Assembly (NCBI GenBank): GCA_040769125.1
Contig: JAXGLO010000001.1
Location: 807,537-871,536, forward strand
Origin: Thermoleophilia bacterium
Lineage (GTDB): Bacteria > Actinomycetota > Thermoleophilia > UBA2241
DNA: 64,000 nt
Direction of reading: 5' to 3'
Both the position numbers and the translations under genes were made by a program. Shown in pieces: positions 59,629 to 64,000 of the stretch. How positions within the stretch are numbered: the stretch's first letter is position 1; every line of letters begins with the position of its first letter. The notes beneath the pieces were generated by a model. The model searched no databases. It saw only the letters and a list, made by a program, of their open reading frames with translations, and was not told the origin of the DNA.

Positions 59629-60987
59629 TTACCTTGGGCGGCCGTCGTCGTGCGCTGCCGTTGCCGTGTCAGCATCCGCCGCGGCGACGGATTCAGCCAG
59701 GGTGTCGCCGGGGGCCGGGTCATTCGGCAGGCAGACTGGGGCCTCGACGCACCCTGCGCGATCCCGGCAGCGGAGCAGGGCCGCGAAGGAACTGGCTGCA
59801 GTGGCGAGGGCTGCGACGCCGCCGATGGCGATCGCCGCCCGCACGCCGAAGCCTCGGGCGAGCGCGCCCGCGAGCGGCCCGCCGATGGGCGTGCTGCCGA
59901 GGAACACCGCCGCCCACAGCGCCATGACTCTTCCTCGCAGAGACGGCTCTGAGTTGAGTTGCAGCAGAGCGTTCGTCGAGGAGACGAAGAGGACCCCTGC
60001 GGCGCCAATCGGCACGAGCACGGCGGCGGCGAGAAGGTACGTCGGCGCCGTCGCCAGGACGAGGTTCGCTAGCGCGAAGCCGAGTGTGCTGCCGACCATG
60101 AGATGCCAGGATGGCCTGCTCCGGCTGGCCATGAACAGCGCACCGGCCAGCGCGCCGGCGCCCATCGCGGTCGTGAGGCCGGCGTAGCCGCCACCGCCAC
60201 GGCCGAACACCTCTTTAGCGAGGAGGGGTACCACTACCGAGAAGTTGTACGCGAGGGTGCTGACGACGGCCATGGCCAGCAGAGGAATGCGCAGCTCCCT
60301 CGTTCGCCACGCGTAGCTCAGCCCGGCGCGCACCTGTCCCGGCTCTCGTGGCGCCTTCGGGCTTACATGAAGTTCGGCGGAGCGCATCATCAGGAGCGCG
60401 CCGATCACGACCAGGAAGGAGCTGGCGTTGATCAGGAAGCAGGGCGCTACTCCGACTGTCGCGATGATGATCCCTGCGATCGCCGGGCCGATGATGCGGG
60501 AGGCGTTGGTGACGACTGCGTTGAGGCCTACAGCGTTGGCGAGATCGTCGGGGCCCGCCAGCTCGTACACGAAGCTCTGGCGCGCCGGCATATCGAGAGC
60601 TGTGGCGCAGCCGGTGAGCGCTGCCAGGAGCCAGACCATCCACACGGTCGCCAGGTCGGCGGCTGTGAGCAGACCGAGGGCGAGCGCCAGCACGGCGCCG
60701 AGCGACTGCGTGATGACGAGCAGACGGCGGTTGTCCATGCGGTCTGCGAGCACTCCCGCCCAGGCTCCCAGAAGAAGCACGGGGCCGAACTGCAGACCGA
60801 CGGTGATGCCGAGGTCGACGCCGCTGCCGGTGAGCTCCAGCACCAGCCAGTTCTGCGCGATCGACTGCATCCAGGTGCCGCTCATCGAAACGGTCTGGGA
60901 GAAGAAGAAGAGGCGGTAGTTGCGGATGCGAAGCGCACGGAACGTGCGCTGCATGACCCGGGCGGCATCGGCCCTCACGCCGGTCAT
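59629..60987 (-). CDS. MFS transporter (DHA3/EntS-like)
   Basis: FRALRIRNYRLFFFSQTVSMSGTWMQSIAQNWLVL... 12 TM. Possible internal start at M12 (60954). Confidence 0.8.
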   Translation of the reverse strand: MTGVRADAARVMQRTFRALRIRNYRLFFFSQTVSMSGTWMQSIAQNWLVLELTGSGVDLGITVGLQFGPVLLLGAWAGVLADRMDNRRLLVITQSLGAVLALALGLLTAADLATVWMVWLLAALTGCATALDMPARQSFVYELAGPDDLANAVGLNAVVTNASRIIGPAIAGIIIATVGVAPCFLINASSFLVVIGALLMMRSAELHVSPKAPREPGQVRAGLSYAWRTRELRIPLLAMAVVSTLAYNFSVVVPLLAKEVFGRGGGGYAGLTTAMGAGALAGALFMASRSRPSWHLMVGSTLGFALANLVLATAPTYLLAAAVLVPIGAAGVLFVSSTNALLQLNSEPSLRGRVMALWAAVFLGSTPIGGPLAGALARGFGVRAAIAIGGVAALATAASSFAALLRCRDRAGCVEAPVCLPNDPAPGDTLAESVAAADADTATAAHDDGRPR

Positions 60988-61675
60988 GAAGCGCCGCTCA
61001 GGGTGGGTACCCGGCTCTCTCGTCTGTCAGGTGCGCCGGTGTGAGGGAGTGGTTCAATCGTCGACGTCGCGGAATGGCTTACCCGGCTACACAAGGCTTG
61101 CGGTGCCACTCCAGACGTCGTGGGACTCCTCAAACAAGGCGCTTGCGAGATCGTGGAATTCATCGATGACGGTGGCTTCTACCTGCACGTCGTGATCGCG
61201 CATGAATCGGTTCATCCGACCCTTCTGTTCGGGTGCCGCTGCTGCGTCGTGTGGATGCGACCACCTCGCGGTACCCCGCAGGCCGGCCACTGGGTCAGGT
61301 CTACCCGGGCCCGGTGCTCGACAATCGTCTGCTTCGCTGGCGAGGCCTGGAGGCTTGGTTCGGCAGTACGTCCGGGCGGTCGCCGCCTCGACGAGCGGGA
61401 TCTTGTTGTGGGTCAGCCCGGCTCCCTCGAGCGCGTACTGCATCTCAGCTACAGCGAGCGCGTGGAGTCGGAGATCCGGCTGTTCGATCGGGAGTCAGTG
61501 ATGGGGGTTCTGGGGGCCTCGCTGCGGCTCGCCCAGCTCTGAGATGATGCGTCCGGGGCGCGCCCTCAGGGCCCTCGCCGACGGGCTCTCCAGGCTTGTC
61601 AAGGGGATGCTGCCGGGGGAAGATGACAGGCGTACGCGGCCCTCTGCCTCCGGCGCACGAAAGGACACGTTTTCC

Positions 61676-62662
61676 ATGTACTACCCCAGCTACCGCATGA
61701 GACGTCTGCGCCGGACGCCGGCAGTCCGCGCCCTGCTTCGGGAGACGACACTCTCGGTTGACGACCTCATCTGCCCGTTGTTCGTGATCGCCGGTGAGAA
61801 CATCCGCCGGCCGATCGCTTCGATGCCGGGCTGCTTTCAGCTGTCGATCGGCAATCTCCTCGGCGAGGTCCGCGAGGCCGCGAACCTCGGCATTCGCGCC
61901 GTGATGCTCTTCGGCATTCCCTCGCAAAAGGATGCTGCGGCGAGCAGCGCCTACGACTCCGAGGGCATCGTCCAGCTCGCCGTGCGCGCCGTCAAGGACG
62001 AGTTCCCCGATCTCGTGGTGATCACCGACGTCTGCCTCTGTGGGTACATGGATCACGGTCACTGTGGTGTGGTGCAGGAGGGCGAGGTGCTCAACGACGT
62101 CACCCTGGAGCTGCTCGCCAAGACGGCCGTCACTCACGCAGAGAGCGGGGCCGACTGGGTCGCCCCCAGCGACATGATGGACGGCCGCGTGGGCGCTATC
62201 CGCAACGCGCTTGACGACGAAGGCCTCCCCGATACGGTCATCATGTCGTGCTCGTGCAAGTTCGCTTCAGCCTTCTACGGCCCGTTTCGCCGTGACGCGA
62301 CAGGGTCGGCCGCGGCTTTCGGCGATCGCCGTACGTACCAGATGGACCCGGCTAATAGCGAGGAGGCGGTGCGCGAGGCGTTGCTCGATATCGAAGAGGG
62401 CGCCGACATCGTCATGGTTGCGCCGGCCCTGTCGTGTCTCGACGTGATCCAGGCGGTCAAACTCGAGACCAGGTTCCCGCTCGCCGCCTTCAACGTGAGC
62501 GGAGAGTACGCGATGATCAAGGCCGCCGCCGCCAACGGCTGGCTCGACGAGGAGCGAGCCGTGCTCGAGGTGATGACCGGTATCAAGCGCACCGGCGCCG
62601 ACGTCATCATCACGCACCATGCCAAGGATGTTGCACGCTGGCTCGGGGGTTCCGGTCGCTGA
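61676..62662 (+). CDS. hemB: porphobilinogen synthase (second, complete copy)
   Basis: MYYPSYRMRRLRRTPAVRALLRETTLSVDDLICPLFV ... CLCGYMDHGHCG ... VSGEYAMIKAAA, 328 aa. Confidence 0.9.
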   Translation: MYYPSYRMRRLRRTPAVRALLRETTLSVDDLICPLFVIAGENIRRPIASMPGCFQLSIGNLLGEVREAANLGIRAVMLFGIPSQKDAAASSAYDSEGIVQLAVRAVKDEFPDLVVITDVCLCGYMDHGHCGVVQEGEVLNDVTLELLAKTAVTHAESGADWVAPSDMMDGRVGAIRNALDDEGLPDTVIMSCSCKFASAFYGPFRRDATGSAAAFGDRRTYQMDPANSEEAVREALLDIEEGADIVMVAPALSCLDVIQAVKLETRFPLAAFNVSGEYAMIKAAAANGWLDEERAVLEVMTGIKRTGADVIITHHAKDVARWLGGSGR

Positions 62663-62825
62663 CCCGGGAGCTGACCCCGGCTGACCCTTGTGGCGCGGCG
62701 CGCGCCGAGGCAGTCTCCGCTCGACCACGGTATGATGCTGGGCTTCAGCAGGCGCAAGGTCACTGCGGAAGGATCCGAATGAAGCTTGATAGGCCGCGTC
62801 GCAGGGCAGGGGAGGCAGGGTCGGC

Positions 62826-63425
62826 GTGATCGACAGGTCTGCCGTCGCGCGCGAGCTCGCCACCGTTGGCGCTGCGTTTGGGCCGTCGTCGACAGCCCCG
62901 CTGTCGCTTCGCTGGGGCGAGCTTTTCTCCAGGATCGACGAGGCCGGCGACGGAGAGTACGCGGCGGGCATCGAGATGGTCTACGAAGGGTACCTTCTGC
63001 ACTACCGTCGGGGGCGGGTGCACACGGTGGCCGACGACGCGCCGGAGAGCACTCTGCTCGAGGGAGACCTGTACTATGCGCACGGGCTGCGACTCATCGT
63101 CGCCCGTGGCGGCGGTCGCGCCGCAGGGCTGCTGGCGCGTCTTATGAGCACCTGTTCGTCTCTGCGCTCGATGGAGGCGTCGTTCGCGGCCGATGATGCA
63201 TTGTGGGCGTACGCGATGGGCGGGCTGGCGGCTCTGCGGCGGGGTGCTCCTGCTAGCGCGGTGGAGCGGCTGTTCGATCAGGCCGACGCGGCGCTCGCCG
63301 CAGGACGCGTCGCGGATGTCATCCCGCTGAGTCGCGCCGCCGTCGATGAGCTCGGTCTGCCCGACACGGCGCACCTGGCCCAGGCCGTCGCGGCCGCCGC
63401 CGAAGAGGCCGAGAAGGAGGTCTGA
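62826..63425 (+). CDS. hypothetical protein
   Basis: 199-aa ORF, no recognisable motif. Its stop is tightly coupled to the downstream UbiD-family gene (AAGGAGG RBS inside its 3' end). Confidence 0.4.
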   Translation: MIDRSAVARELATVGAAFGPSSTAPLSLRWGELFSRIDEAGDGEYAAGIEMVYEGYLLHYRRGRVHTVADDAPESTLLEGDLYYAHGLRLIVARGGGRAAGLLARLMSTCSSLRSMEASFAADDALWAYAMGGLAALRRGAPASAVERLFDQADAALAAGRVADVIPLSRAAVDELGLPDTAHLAQAVAAAAEEAEKEV

Positions 63426-63427
63426 AG

Positions 63428-64000
63428 GTGGATCTGCGTGCGTTCATCAGCCTGCTCGAGCGCGAGGGCGAGCTCGTGCGCGTACGCCCGGAGGTCGATC
63501 CGTATCTCGAGATGGCGGAGATCTGCGACCGCGCCAGCAAGGCCCACGGTCCGGCGCTGCTGTTTGAGAGGCCGCTGAGGCCGGCGGGCGCAGCCGGCCC
63601 GGCTATGCCGGTGGTCATGAACCAGTTCGGCTCCTTCCGGCGTCTCGAGCTCGCGCTGGGCGCGCCTCTCGAGGAGTTCGCCGCCCGCATCGCCGGACTG
63701 GTCGATCTCCAGGTTCCTCACGGCCTGCTCGGGAAGGTCAAGGCGCTCGGCCAGCTCAAGGAGCTCGCCTCGTACTCGCCGCGGGTCGTCAACAAGGCGG
63801 CTTTCCAGGAGGTCGTCGTCGATCCGCCGGATCTCACGCGCCTGCCCGTGCTCACGACCTGGCCGGGCGATGGCGGCCCCTTCATCACGCTGCCTGTCGT
63901 GGTCACCAAGGATCGGCAGGGTCGTCGCAACGCCGGCATGTACCGGCTGCAGGTCTTCGACGGCGCCACGACGGGCATGCACTGGCATGTTCACCACGAC
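63428..64000 (+). CDS. UbiD-family (prFMN-dependent) decarboxylase, N-terminal part, continues beyond window
   Basis: VDLRAFISLLEREGELVRVRPEVDPYLEMAEI...GPALLFE...GGPFITLPVVVTKD: typical UbiD N-terminus. GTG 63428 after AAGGAGG. Confidence 0.8.
   Translation, partial: MDLRAFISLLEREGELVRVRPEVDPYLEMAEICDRASKAHGPALLFERPLRPAGAAGPAMPVVMNQFGSFRRLELALGAPLEEFAARIAGLVDLQVPHGLLGKVKALGQLKELASYSPRVVNKAAFQEVVVDPPDLTRLPVLTTWPGDGGPFITLPVVVTKDRQGRRNAGMYRLQVFDGATTGMHWHVHHD

Noticed and set aside
61445-62137. 230-aa antisense ORF inside hemB
   Set aside because: Opposite a gene with canonical HemB motifs. Composition artefact.

Overview
This is a 64-kb, high-GC (about 68-70%) bacterial chromosomal segment, probably from an Actinobacteria- or Chloroflexi-like genome. 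Most of it is recognisable housekeeping metabolism. There is a heme cluster (partial hemB, hemE, hemY, hemL, and a convergent SirC-like precorrin-2 dehydrogenase), a cbiMNQO cobalt ECF transporter, glycolytic genes (pfk, fba, pyk, a tal/fsa-like aldolase), aroG (class II), cysK, purN, ackA, argD-like, ubiB, uppP, a CarD/CdnL regulator, a TetR-MMPL operon, a second divergent hemB, and the start of a UbiD-family decarboxylase. Two lineage-specific expansions stand out. The first (12.3-23.5 kb) is a tandem array of four paralogous secreted BNR/Ycf48-like multi-blade beta-propeller proteins. Their N-terminal repeat regions vary in length, and two carry perfectly identical intragenic tandem repeats. 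Their C-terminal domains of about 190 aa are nearly identical at nucleotide level (lost in the fourth copy). Their 5' leaders are conserved, and each gene is followed by an intrinsic terminator. The second (46.3-54.3 kb) is a tandem segmental triplication of about 2.6 kb units. Each unit encodes a polytopic-membrane GGDEF-EAL (c-di-GMP) sensor, and the junctions retain fossil fragments of the upstream gene. A PGRP-type amidase with three perfect 104-aa C-terminal repeats, several palindromic or direct-repeat intergenic motifs and an MMPL/YhgE-Pip-like transporter with a long low-complexity loop are also noted. I saw no CRISPR array, rRNA, obvious tRNA, transposase or integrase. Many long antisense ORFs in the track are GC-rich frame artefacts.
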